A stretch of 63,595 nt of DNA, the filler included, from Craspedostauros australis (Eukaryota): NCBI GenBank assembly GCA_030167865.1. It is 10 parts of 10 records of this genome, joined end to end, with 100 filler letters (N's around TTAATTAATTAA, not from the genome) between each part and the next. Parts side by side here need not be neighbours in the genome. Positions count along the whole stretch, not along the records: positions 23,199 to 24,622 come from JALAGF010001773.1; positions 24,723 to 25,789 come from JALAGF010001774.1; positions 25,890 to 29,915 come from JALAGF010001776.1; positions 30,016 to 56,357 come from JALAGF010001777.1; 6 more parts are not named here. One strand, written 5' to 3'. Shown in pieces: positions 23,412-35,774 of this stretch. The notes beneath the pieces were generated by a model. It had not been told where the DNA came from and did no database searches. It was given only the letters and a program-made list of their open reading frames with translations. Every line of letters starts with the position of its first letter. The first letter of the stretch is position 1. The position numbers and the translations under genes are program-made.

Positions 23412-23598
23412 GCTTGTCACTCCAAGTCGTTGTGGCATACGTGTTTCACTTCAGCTATTTTGCGACCTATGGTAATTGTCATTATTCCCGTTTCTCCCTG
23501 TGAGTTGAGTCCAAACGCAGCGCCAGCGGCTTTCGACCCGCAGACAAGGAGGGGCAGTGCCATCTGCACACAATTCGCCGCTTCATCAAATGGAGTGG

Positions 23599-24622
23599 TC
23601 GCGACGGCAACGACAACAGCGACAGAGATAGCCACAGCGAGGCGATGGGCGACGAAAGCAACAGCAAGGCGACGGCAGCGACGAAGGTAATGAAAGCAAT
23701 GGCAAGGCGATGGGCGACGGCAACGGCAGCAAGACGATGGGCAACGAAAGCGACAGCAATGGCAAGGTGATGAGCGACAGCACCGACGAAAGCGATGAAA
23801 GCAACAGCAAGGTGATGGAGGACAGCAGTGACACAGATAGCCACAGCAAGGCGATGGAAGTGACAGAAGTGATGAAAGCGACGGCAAGGCGACGGAGAAC
23901 AGCAGCGACGAAAGCGACGGCAATGGCAAGGTGATGGGCAATGAAAGCGATGGCAAGGTGATGGAGGACAGCAGTGATGAAAGTGATGAAAGCAACAGCA
24001 ATGGCAAGGCGATGGGCAACAGCACCAACAAAAGCAATGAAAGCACGGCAAGGCGATGGGCAACAGCACCGGCAAAAGCGATGAAAGCGACAGCAAGGCG
24101 ATGGGCAATGAAAGCGAAAGCAATGGCAAGGCGATGGGCGACAGCACCGGCGAAAGCAATGAAAGCAACAGCAATGGCAAGGCGATGGGCAATGAAAGCG
24201 ATGAAAGCGACAGCAATGGCAAGGCGATGGGCGACAGCACCAACAAAAGCGATGAAAGCGACAGCAATGGCAAGGCGATGGGCAACAGCACCGGCAAAAG
24301 CGATGAAAGCGACAGCAAGGCGATGGGCAATGAAAGCAATGAAAGCGCAAGGCGATGGCAAGGCGATGGGCGACAGCACCAACAAAAGCGATGAAAGCGA
24401 CAGCAATGGCAAGGCGATGGGCAACAGCACCGGCGAAAGCGATGAAAGTGACAGCAAGGCGATGGGCAATGAAAGCGACAGCAATGGCAAGGCGATGGGC
24501 GACAGCACCGGCGAAAGCGATGAAAGCAACAGCAATGACAAGGCGATGGGCAATGAAAGCGATGAAAGCGACAGCAATGGCAAGGCGATGGGCGACAGCA
24601 CCAACAAAAGCGATGAAAGCGA
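23599..24622. repeat. Compound minisatellite, units of 33/42/45/51 bp built around GCGATGGGC..GAAAGCGACAGCAATGGCAAG
   Basis: Visible tandem array, more degenerate at the left end; T occurs almost only in ATG/GTG on the + strand; runs into the contig end. Confidence 0.92.
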
Positions 24623-26689
24623 NNNNNNNNNNNNNNNNNNNNNNNNNNNNNNNNNNNNNNNNNNNNTTAATTAATTAANNNNNNNNNNNNNNNNNNNNNN
24701 NNNNNNNNNNNNNNNNNNNNNNGGAACCGCCATGTAAATTTTGGTGGATGAGCGAGAGGGGGATGCCATCCTGGTTTATTTGGGGCCGTGGCAGGCCCAC
24801 GCGCAAACGACACGATTCGGAGGAAAATCTGCTCGTTGGATATGGTCTCTGCCTGGAATGCACAGGCCATTCCAACGACTATTGATGGGCAAGACGCATC
24901 CAAGAGGATGCGATGAAGATGCACACGAAGTTTGAGGGTCGGGGGTGGCCTGGAAGGTTCCCTCCGCAAGAAACAAGTTGAGGGCAAGAGTTTTTTGGTG
25001 GGTGGCGGCGGACACATCACGTGACTTCGCTGGTGATGGGTGCCGTTCACAAGTCACCCAAATCGCCAAGCCACCCATTCAAGATGTGTTCGAAATCAAC
25101 TCAGGGATCGGTTCATGAAGCGCCGGAAAAAACAAAGGTCTGGAAGAGGCTTCAGCCTGGGATGCACACAAAAGGGATTTTTTGGGGTGTCGGAAAAACT
25201 CCATGGTGGCGTCATCACATGGAGGTGTACCTTTGGAGGTACGAACTCCCAACCCATTCTGAACACATCAGTGTGTCGCCAGAGAATGTGGTAACGCATG
25301 AGGGGCATGTGGAGGACCTGCAAGGATCGTATTGACGAGATACAGATCCAAATACGAATGGCATCCGCGTCGGAATCGGGTGTTCGAAAATTCTGCGTTT
25401 CAGTGCAGGGAGCCTTTGGGATATCCAATGCGCCCAGATTTTTCTGTCCTTCATGGAGTGGATAGATGGGGGGTATCCGGAGCCAGTGTGGTGCGCAGAT
25501 TGTGAAAATGTCAGGGATGATAATGATGATCATGGGTGATGAAGGTAGGGCACCATGGTGCCATCGAGAATTTTTGGAATCCACCACCTGACAGACAGCA
25601 AGCCAAAAGGACATTAAAAATAAAGTTCATACAAATTCAACTTCGATATTCAGAATAAGCGATAGCCAAGCTTCCGAATGCACTGTATATTTTTAATTTT
25701 AACCTATATGGTGTCGAGATATAACATCATAAGCAGTAATTTGGATGGTGTTGGATGTGCTCTATTTTAGTCTACTTTATCACGACTCANNNNNNNNNNN
25801 NNNNNNNNNNNNNNNNNNNNNNNNNNNNNNNNNTTAATTAATTAANNNNNNNNNNNNNNNNNNNNNNNNNNNNNNNNNNNNNNNNNNNNAATCCGCATGC
25901 TCATTCTAACGGTATTTGGTACATGCAAAGCCATGACCGTTGCCTTTGAAAGGATGCTCGCTAACTTGCAACGCGCAGAAACGTGTATCCACGATCGAAA
26001 TCTGTCGCGTTGTACCGCGTTGTCTTTTGAAATCATTGATCTGTTGTTCATGAGCATGTTGACCACCGCGTTGATGCCTTGTTGCGTTTTGTGAAAAAAA
26101 ACAACAGGGTCATGTGCGAAGCGGTTTGTGGCGACCGAGATGCTGGACGGTGTGGTCATCGTGACGTTTTGTTGTCGTATGCGACATTCAGAATTCAAAT
26201 TGTTGTATGACAACTTGGAGCAGATGGAAATTGGAACTTGACATCACTTTGACCACACATAGATGTGTTCGACTGAGTCATGACACCATCTACTGATCAC
26301 AAGCGCAGCTTTTCATTGCGTTTTCCGTGACTCGGACTTCGTGACCCACTTCGCTTGGAGGATCTTTCGCGGAAAGTGGTCGCGAACAGTTCCGCCGTGG
26401 GACAAGTGTCACGTCGAGCGTCGTGCACTGCTTCGCCCACGCCTGGCCCAGCGATGACCAGGCACAAGCGATCTTCTCCCTTCCCGCTCTTTCCCATCAC
26501 TGCCTCTCCATCAACACGACATAGCACATGGCACATAGCACAAAGCACATCGCACATGGCAAATGGGACATAGGGCGTAGAACATAGCACATAGGACGCG
26601 GCACCTCACACACCACGCACAAGACAACAACCGCCAGTGGACGGGTGACATCGTATCGAGCATCTGTACGAGACAAACGAGACAGCCTC

Positions 26690-27641
26690 ATGGTTCAAGC
26701 GAGGCTCAATGTCGGCATGCCATGGTGCGTGTGTCGATGGGATCGATGGATGAGCGGACTGCGCTGCTTGGCAGTTGACGAAGTTGGATGGATGATGATG
26801 GTGACTACGATGCTAGCGATGATGATGATGTATTGCAATGGAGCATGGTATTTTTCACACCTGACGATTCTCGCATGCCCAACCTTGCTTCCCCTTTGTT
26901 TGCTCGTCTGTATTTCATGCTGAGATTGCAGCGAAGGATGCGAGAGAGCCGTCAAGACTGTGCTATCCAACGTTGAAGGTAAGCAGAGAAGAACAGAACA
27001 GAGGAGAACACAGCAAAGGAGTGCTGGAGTCTCTTCGAGGATGTACGGTATGCCGGACTCTGCACAATTGCAATTGGATGCCACGTGCTCTTGGCGGTGA
27101 GGATGGATGGACAGCGCAATTCACCATGCCGTGACGACTTGTCCCACTCCACGCGGACATTACTGGCATTGGTTGCCCCACGCCACAACGTTGCGTCGCA
27201 TCCCTCAAGCTTGTGTCGGAACAGTCCCTCCAATGGCATTTCTCCCTCAAGAAAAACAACGCTGCACTATTGCAGGTGGCAGCGACGTCCCGACGGATTG
27301 GAGGACAAAGACGGTGCTGGTGGAGGCATCGGCAACGACGCCGAAGGAATTGATGCTGAAGAAGCTGCAAAAGGTGAGGCGGACGAGTCGGAAACAGAAC
27401 GATGTCTCCCAATGATCGTCGTGTGAAAGCTGAGCACGTGATCGACTCAAGTTGATAGATGCGCGCGAATTGCAACAGCCCACCATGGATGGCGACGCAC
27501 TCACTACTCTGCTCTACTTGTTTCACGTTTCATTCCATCTTGGTGGAGCATCGCTTGCCTGGCGTCGTCAATGCGCGTATATCCTGCCTTGCGCGTTAGT
27601 GGAGCGTTGCAAGCGGGAAGTCGGTGGAGCTGGCAGAATGA
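26690..27641 (+). CDS. ATX1: ATX1-like copper chaperone (single HMA domain, 73 aa); exons 26690-26724, 26932-26978, 27276-27373, 27600-27641
   Basis: Three GT-AG introns with consistent phases give MVQARLNVGMPCEGCERAVKTVLSNVEGGSDVPTDWRTKTVLVEASATTPKELMLKKLQKWSVASGKSVELAE, with the MxCxxC metal site and a C-terminal GK. Confidence 0.88.
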
Positions 27642-28666
27642 AATCTGGACAAGAAGAATAAGAATTGCGCAGTCTCCCAGTGGAGAGACGATGTGCGCCC
27701 AGTCGCACGTATGGTATGTCGATCAGACCCATGGCAGCAATGATATCCCAATCAAGGCAATGCCGCCACCATTTCGAATGTGCAAACCACAGGCAACCAA
27801 TCATGTTGTATCCCATGTGTAGAGATGGGTGCATCGTGAATCCGAAGGCGGAGGAGGAAATGAAGTGTGGGAGGAATGCGACTGAGAGAAGAAACGCGAT
27901 CGGTGAAATATCTCGGAATGCCGATGAATGAAATCAAAGCCGAGCTGAGGCATGCACGCATGCATGAATGCGTGGGTGGCAGAGTAGAAGCCAGCATCGA
28001 CACCAGCGCCACAGGCAATGCTTGGATACGCATCCATTCCAGACTCCATACGTACACACGATACAACAACAATGCTCAATCACCAACGATATGATGGATT
28101 GAATTGGACTCAAGAGGAATAATAGGATGTAGTGCGAGTGTGCTACAGCCGTGATAGGCCTGAATTGGAACAAAACAAGATGCAGAAGACAGTGCAGTAG
28201 GGTATGATCTGTGTGAGTTCAGTTGAGTTGAGTTGAATTTAGTCGAATAGAGAGAGCTTGCCAATAGCGGATGGGCTCTTGTCTCGTGATACTCTGCGCC
28301 ACTCGAGGACTTTGCATTCCTTGAACCAAACATGAGTAACTCGTGGACAAACTCTCGCCGAGTTGACTAGTTCGACTATTTGGCGCATCACGCGACCCAA
28401 CGGACAAGGAAGACACGGGTCCACTTTCTCGCAAACCAACACCAACAACAATGCGAGACACACACACCACCATGGCAAAAAGGTCATCGTTCTGGCCGTC
28501 CGACAAAAACCAACCAAGTCGACAGTCGAATCCATTGGCACAACGCTCCGACGCTCCCACGCTCCCACGCTCCCATCCACATTCACATTCACATTCACAT
28601 CCACACTCCAGCGTTCCAAGGCAGACCCAAGGCAGACCCAAGGCAGACCCAAGCCAAAACAAGACA

Positions 28667-29915
28667 ATGTCCTTCAATCCACCACCCCCACCGCCACCAG
28701 GCGGCGGAGGATTCCGTCCTCCACCTCCACGCGCAGCCGGTGGAGGGTTTGTGCCGCCGCAGCCTGCAGCCGGTGCGGGGTTTGCTCCTCCTCCTCCTCC
28801 AGCGGCCGGAGGGTTTGCTCCCCCTCCTCCACCGCCGCCGGGTGGCATGCAGCAGCTCAATCAGGGCATGGCCAACATGGGCTTCCAACCCAAACCACCT
28901 GGCCCACCGCAGGGGTAAGTCCAGCGTCGGCGCGCGAACATTTCTCGCGTTGCTTGGATCACTCGTGTTCTCGAGTCATGCCGCGTTGCATTTGGCAATG
29001 CCGACCAGACATGCTTTGCGTTGCATGGTGTTGCATTGTATTCTATAATATCATGGAATGTAATGCTTCATTGTGCTGTGTACAGGGCTTTGCTGTGCAC
29101 TCATGCAAGACGTGGCACGGACATGAAGACAGGCACAACATCCCGGCATGCACGGACATGTCTGGATTGATCTGCAAAGCATGTTTCGTGTCCACCCAAA
29201 GACATATATATGTATTACAATCCATGATCTTTATTTGCCCAACTTCCTCCATCAACTCACACTCGGATCGCTCTGCAATCGCCCTTGCAAACGCTCCTGC
29301 AACCACACCGTTGCAACCACACCGTCGCACTTCATTCATCAACGTCGACGTCTCTCTGGTGGATGCCATCGGCCCAATCAATCCATCCCACGATCCCCGA
29401 ATGCGTCAATGTGCACGTGGACGACGGTTACTCCAAATCAAACGCCCTCCTCGCTCAATCATACTCGCACTCTCTGCTTCCCTGCGCCTCTCTGTCCAAT
29501 GAACAAACGACCGATGCACGCCCAACATCATCTTCGTCGCAATGACCATCCGACATGCTTCAGTTTCCACCCGCCTCCGCCACCAGGGCCAGGAGCGGGC
29601 CCAGGACAAGCACCGCCACCACCAGGGCCACCGCGTGCTGGCATGTTTCAACCACCGCCCCCTGGCGCTCCCCAGCAACCCATGTCGGCACCGCCTCCTC
29701 CGGGACCACCGATGCAAGCAGGCGCACCAGCGCAACCTCCAGGTGGTCAATTTTATCCGCAGGCGCCCAACCAGGGACAGATGAACCGATCCGCTCCACC
29801 GCCAGGACCAGGCGCGGCAGCGGGCGGACAGGGTGCGCCCACACCATTCCAGGAGAACATCGACTTCAGCATCCAAATCCCGGATCGTCTGTGCCGTTTC
29901 AGCTGCTCCAAGATC
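28667..29915 (+). CDS. SEC24: Probable COPII subunit Sec24, Pro-rich N-terminus (partial); exons 28667-28914, 29564->29915
   Basis: Pro/Gly/Gln-rich N-terminus, GTAAGT donor and ttcAG acceptor in phase 2, then ENIDFSIQIPDRLCRFSCSKI, resembling the Sec24 pre-zinc-finger 'P.y.R.T...iP' segment. Cut by contig end. Confidence 0.6.
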
Positions 29916-30697
29916 NNNNNNNNNNNNNNNNNNNNNNNNNNNNNNNNNNNNNNNNNNNNTTAATTAATTAANNNNNNNNNNNNNNNNNNNNNNNNNNNNN
30001 NNNNNNNNNNNNNNNTGAAAGATGGACAAATAGCACATGTCGATGGTAGAAACAAGGGAGGAAGTAGAGGGTAGCACGACGATACATGCACAACAGAGGC
30101 TATGAAAACTGATGCCAACGCATGCGAGGGAGGAAATCACAAAAAACTCCCAAATTGCCGTTGGAGGAGCGATTTGAGAGGAAGNNNNNNNNNNNNNNNN
30201 NNNNNNNNNNNNNNNNNNNNNNNNNNNNNNNNNNNNNNNNNNNNNNNNNNNNNNNNNNNNNNNNNNNNNNNNNNNNNNNNNNNNNNNNNNNNNNNNNNNN
30301 NNNNNNNTGGTCACCCCCTGTTCGAAAGGTATCTTGTGTTCATAATGGAGTGATCTGATTGGCTTAGAAGCCGATATTATGAAATTATGAGCCACGCAAA
30401 CACCTCCATTCAGTGGACTTTTCTTAGGCTCTTGCGTGGGTCCGTTTGTTGTTGTCTGTTTGGTGTGGGTTGTTTGTGCCGTTTGTGGCGGGAATAGAGC
30501 AAAATCCTTTTTGCGGAGAGAAACAGAGCTGCGCCGAACCGAATCGGGTCCACCTGACTTGAGCATTCCAGTCCAGCTTCAACAGAGGGAGAGAGGGAGA
30601 GAGAAGCACTCTTCGCGGGCTTCAACAACACGAGCAGAGGTCATCGCCAGTTGCACATCGCACATCCTCAGTCGCACATCGCAGGTTGTGCACAATC

Positions 30698-32149
30698 ATG
30701 GAAGCATTGGCTGCCACATTGGGTTGCACAGACTTGAACCTCGCGGAATCAGAGGAGACCTACATTCTCGACACACCCATCCAGCGCACATCTTCCCTCG
30801 CAAGAGACCACTCCGGCGCTGACGCGAGTGCCCACCCACAGCCTTCTCAGCACCACCCTCGCCACCATCTGCAGCAGAAGGAACTCACAGTGATCACTTC
30901 CCAATCTCGGAGACGATCCATCGAAGCAGCGACCACGACGCCCCGGTTCATCGCCACTCCTCCGCTCTCCATCCCCAAGGCAGGAGAGAGCTCACCAAGC
31001 CAGGTGTGCATGTCCAGACAGCTGACGACGGCCATTGCCACCAACCCCCAATCCAACCATCCCACCTTGCACGGCCGTCCCACTATTCTGCTCTCAACGC
31101 CAACATCGGCCTTATCAACCAACCATAACAATAACAACGGCAGTAGCAACATCAACGGCAGTAGCAACAAGATGAACCGCAGAGGCAGCCTCTCACGCTT
31201 CCGCAGGAGCAACACTTCGTCGCCGATGCTGGAGAAGACCAGCACACCGCGCTCCGTGACGCCGCTGCCACCATCATGCCAGGATGAATCGGGCGGCATC
31301 AACGGACAGATGCCCATGCCGCGCAGGAAGAGCATGCAAAAGTCGCACTCGGCCCCCGTCATGGACCCCCTCCATGACTACACGGGGTTCCAGAACATAC
31401 CCGCTCCGCTGCGGCTGGATGCGTGGTCCGAGGCGCCGGCGGAGAGCTTCAACATCCGCAGCACCGGCTACATGACCAACAGGAAGAAGGAACCGTCCAT
31501 GCCGTCGGCCTTCCGATTGCTCACCGTGGATCTGGTCAATGTGGAGACGCCGCTCTACAACGGAATTTGCAACCATCCCAACGAGAGGTTCCAGCAGGCC
31601 CTCAGGCGAGAGAGGGAGACGGGGGAGCGCCAGCTGCCTGATTTCGTCTTCGCCGTCAACCTATGCGTGCCGGGATCCATGACCTACCACTGCGTCTCCT
31701 ACTTTGCCATCGACAACATGGACGACATCGTCCAGCGATCGACGCCCTTCGGCAGGGTCATGTACGACTTCATCTTCGGCGATTCAGACGCCCACCGCGA
31801 CAGGACCTTCAAGCTGATACCGCGCGTCGCGGAGGGGAACTTCGTCGTCAAGAAGGCGGTGGGCACCAAGCCCTCCATTCTGGGGAAGAAGATCAAGCAG
31901 TACCACATCCGGGGGGATCGCTTCTTCGAGATCATCGTCGACATTTCTAGCGACCGCGTGGCGCAGAAAATCGTCAAGCTGGCACTGGGCTACACCAAGA
32001 CGCTCGTCGTAGACATGATGTACGTCCTGGAGGGGACCAGCGAGGACACGCTGCCGGAACGCATCTTCGGCGGCATCCAGATGAGGAACATAGACTTCAA
32101 GAACAAGGACGGCAGGCGGCATGTCGCCAGCCCGCAGGTCGCCAGATAG
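30698..32149 (+). CDS. EDR2 C-terminal (DUF1336) domain protein
   Basis: WSEAPAESFNIRSTGYMTNRKKEPS, FAVNLCVPG, RDRTFKLIPRVAEGNFVVKKAVGTKPSILGKK, FFEIIVDISS, LPERIFG; disordered N-terminal half. Confidence 0.88.
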   Translation: MEALAATLGCTDLNLAESEETYILDTPIQRTSSLARDHSGADASAHPQPSQHHPRHHLQQKELTVITSQSRRRSIEAATTTPRFIATPPLSIPKAGESSPSQVCMSRQLTTAIATNPQSNHPTLHGRPTILLSTPTSALSTNHNNNNGSSNINGSSNKMNRRGSLSRFRRSNTSSPMLEKTSTPRSVTPLPPSCQDESGGINGQMPMPRRKSMQKSHSAPVMDPLHDYTGFQNIPAPLRLDAWSEAPAESFNIRSTGYMTNRKKEPSMPSAFRLLTVDLVNVETPLYNGICNHPNERFQQALRRERETGERQLPDFVFAVNLCVPGSMTYHCVSYFAIDNMDDIVQRSTPFGRVMYDFIFGDSDAHRDRTFKLIPRVAEGNFVVKKAVGTKPSILGKKIKQYHIRGDRFFEIIVDISSDRVAQKIVKLALGYTKTLVVDMMYVLEGTSEDTLPERIFGGIQMRNIDFKNKDGRRHVASPQVAR

Positions 32150-33409
32150 GAACATAGACTTGCAGGGCGCAACGCAGCGTGTGGCATGAGGAATTGCATC
32201 AATGAACCGCATGCACGAATGAGGAATCGTGCTCTGTCTGGTTCGACGCCTGAATCGTATCATCGCAAACGATACGCCACACCACAGAACGTCACCAGTA
32301 CCAACCATCGAGAAGTTCGGCATCGTGGCCGAGCGTAGCACCACAGCTACCAGCAGCAATGTTGATAACAAAACCATTCGTTGTCATGCCATGCATACTC
32401 AGCCATGTTCGTACAATACGCAAGCAGGACAGCAGGGAAGAAGAGCAGAGCAACACTACATGTACCTACCCCGATACAGACCAATGATAGAAGCCGTGGA
32501 CGTGATGGAACGAGATGAGATGATATCTTGTACTTGTATGATATGATATGATATCGTACTCTTCTCCATCACAGGCAGCACAACAGCTGTGCGCCGATCT
32601 GATAATAGAAATACTACTACTACTACTACTACTACCATCGCATTGGATGCCCAGAGATTCTGCTGTGGTGTGCGTTGACTACTGTGCGCAATCAACATCA
32701 TGACGGCAACCGTCACGTTCTTGTGCGAGTTTGTGGTATTGTACTACTACAAGTATTATAACAGGTCGCTGCCTCTTCTGGTGGCGAGAAAGACAGACAG
32801 AGAGATGGAGATCGAAGTGGGGAAGGCTCCCCTGCCTTGCCTCTTGTGGTCTGTTTGACACCGTCCAGATCAGACCAGGCACAAGGATGCACAGACACGA
32901 CCGCAGACAAGGCGGGAGAAAGAAGAACACCAACAACCAAGACAGAGGAAGAAAACGGGTTGCGTTCGGGTCCCCTCGTTCCACGATCGTGTTTCGAGTG
33001 GTTCTCATCAAATCACGGATACAATAATCCAATCATACTTACGACTCGTGCGATTAACGAGAGTTCACCCAACGCGTGGAAGGTTTCGGCATGACGCCAA
33101 ACGAGACAACTCACCACACAGCGATGATGGTGTTGGTTGTCGCGGAAGGAAACGAACACGTGATGGCCACTGAAAAAGATCCACGCACACAGAAACCAAA
33201 CCACACAACGCAACAGGTGGAACATTCCTCCAACCGCTCCCTCTCTCTCTCTGCGTCTCTTGACATCCTCCATACCGTTACAGTGCTCACAATCGTTGCC
33301 GTATCGCCATCGCAGACAGAGGATCTCATCGCAGTCGTCATCACAATTTCACAATAACTTCAGTTGACACATTTACACACTTACGCATTACGCACTACGC
33401 ACTGCAATC

Positions 33410-35068
33410 ATGAAGAACATCCTCTTTCTCTTGTCGCTGTGGAGCCTCACTCTGGCAACTGCCACCAGCGGTCCATTCACTTCCGTCAGATCTTTCTTTG
33501 GCATCCGCGGAGGCGGCCTCTTCGGTGGCAACGATGATTCCAAGGCGTGAGTTGCACACAATGGCATCTTGCGTTGCGCTTTCGTGCAGCACCGTGATGT
33601 GCCCACTTGATGATCATGACTGTGCATGCGATCAGTGTATCGTGTATCATGTGAAGAATAGTGACTCACTCATTCCATGTCTATCTATTGCCCATTATCC
33701 CCGCACGCTTCGATGCAACCCTGCAAACACCCTAAACCGCAATTCGGACACAACTCCAACACAACACATTGCAGCACACCACCACCCAGCGATGTTGCGC
33801 CCAAGTACCCACCCATGACGGAAACCGAAATCGAGGACTGGATGGAGCACATCCCCGTCTTTGCCGTCACCGATTCCAACGGTGCCGGTGTCGTGCTCAA
33901 ACCCGATGATGGTTCCAGCGTCTTCTACTTCTTCATGAACCCACTGGCCGCCAACGCCACCCTCGGACAGCTCAAGAGCTCCAACGTGGAGATGGACTTG
34001 AAAATCTCGGCATTCTCGTTGGGAAAGATTTGGTTCAAGCTTCTGCAAGCTGACGCCGATCAGGAAGTTGTGGTATGTTGCCATCTCGAATCGTCTTGCT
34101 TTGCGATGTGCCCTGTTCGATGTTTGATATGGCTTGTATTGAGATCTTCAACAACAGTGTCATCATGAGATATTGCGCTCAAGTGGTTGATGCAACTCCC
34201 ATTCGCGATGGCACGAAATGAGGGACGGGTGTCCGATCGAGCCAAGCATCCATTCCCTCGGGCCGAGTCGACCAACATCAGCTCGTTGTTTGCTTCATTG
34301 CTCGTACACCGTCTCACACACTGTCTCCATTGATTCCACGCGGAACCTCACGCTGCGACGACAACTTACATTGCGCCATCGAATGTTGTGGCCGGTTGTT
34401 GCTCGCGCACAAATGCCCAACGCATGAAAATGGAAAACAAATCACCAAAATCCATTCAATTTACCATTCCATTATACTGGTAGCTCAAGGAACCAGGCAC
34501 CGAGGGTGATGGACAGATGCAAAAGGGCGTCGAGTACCGCCTCGTGCCGGACACCAGAGACCTGCTTGGGGCACGCATGCTTTTGACCATGTCGCCAGAG
34601 GACAGCGAGAAGCTCAAGGGAGGAGAGACCATGACGGCTGAGATGGCTCAGGCCGCCATCGAAAAGGCCATGACCGACTCTCCAAAGTTCAAGGCCACCT
34701 TCAACGAAATCCCAGTCTTCACTATCGCCCAAATGAGAATGCAGAAGGCGGCGGAGGAAGGCGAAGGCGGAGAACCAGTCACCCTCCTCCCAATGTACTT
34801 CAGCCTGCAGAACATGGTCGGAACATGGCAGCAATTCATGGGGCAGGCCCCAGCGGATATGCAGAACGTGGAGCCAGCCATCAACCTCATGTCCCTCCAC
34901 GAATTGGTCGCCATGATGCAGACCGAATGCGAAATTGACTTCCGCAACGTCGTCCTCGTGCCATCGGCACCAACCGATGAGTCCGGACCAGGTGCCGGTG
35001 CATCCATGGAGGCGCCAGCCGACTCGATGGCCAACAGCATGGGTGGTGCGACACTTGGGGATCTGTAA
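33410..35068 (+). CDS. TIC22: Tic22-like plastid import chaperone; exons 33410-33546, 33775-34072, 34484-35068
   Basis: Signal peptide MKNILFLLSLWSLTLATA, then two Tic22 half-repeats: IPVFAVTDSNG...FYFFMNP..A...SLGKIW and YRLVPD...FNEIPVF...PMYFSLQNM. Intron phases consistent. Confidence 0.72.
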
Positions 35069-35774
35069 ATGGCAGCGAATACTACGACTTTACAAAACGC
35101 AACACCAAGCAAAAGGATGAAGCACAACGCATTCAATTGCATGCACGAATGGATCCATGCAAGTGGACATGCAACAAGACTGCGAATCACATCCGAGAGA
35201 ATGTCTGGAGTCAAACATGCAGACTGTGCTGCATGTTTGCATAGGTATCCAATACGCAGCAGTTGTCGAAAGACAACTCCCCACTCGTATGGAGATGTGG
35301 GTATGATCGACATGGTGGACGTGATGGACACACCCCACAGCACGACTGCATCCTGACATCATGCGATGATCCATCATGAAGCGACGGCAAAAGCAGCAAG
35401 CTACTATAATACTTATTCCGTACATACACCATACTAATACTATTATTACACACCATCTTGATAAGTCGCGACAAGCAATGAATAATTGCATCTCGCTCGT
35501 ACCCATGGTTTTGCCTCCTTCTCTCCAGAGAGAACACAAGCATTCCACAAAACCGTTCGTGTTACGAGCAGAGCTCGTACACAGGCCTGTGTTCATGAAA
35601 GTGCACTCTGACTCCCGGGGGATGACTGTGTTGTTTGTTTGCCTATGCTATGTTTGTGTTACCGTGTAATAGTTGCTGTCGCATCATGCTTGCCCCTGAG
35701 CGTACTCGTCTAAGAGTTCGCACCAGAGCACACACTCTCTCTCTCTCTCTCTAGCAATACGAGCAGGCACCGCT

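Noticed and set aside
23417..24607. Cys-rich or Leu-rich membrane proteins on the minus strand
   Set aside because: These are translations of the minisatellite; the frames are open because of its base composition.
24723..25789. Coding gene or defined transposon on this small contig
   Set aside because: Only short ORFs with no motifs; it looks like a repeat remnant but no termini or family could be supported.
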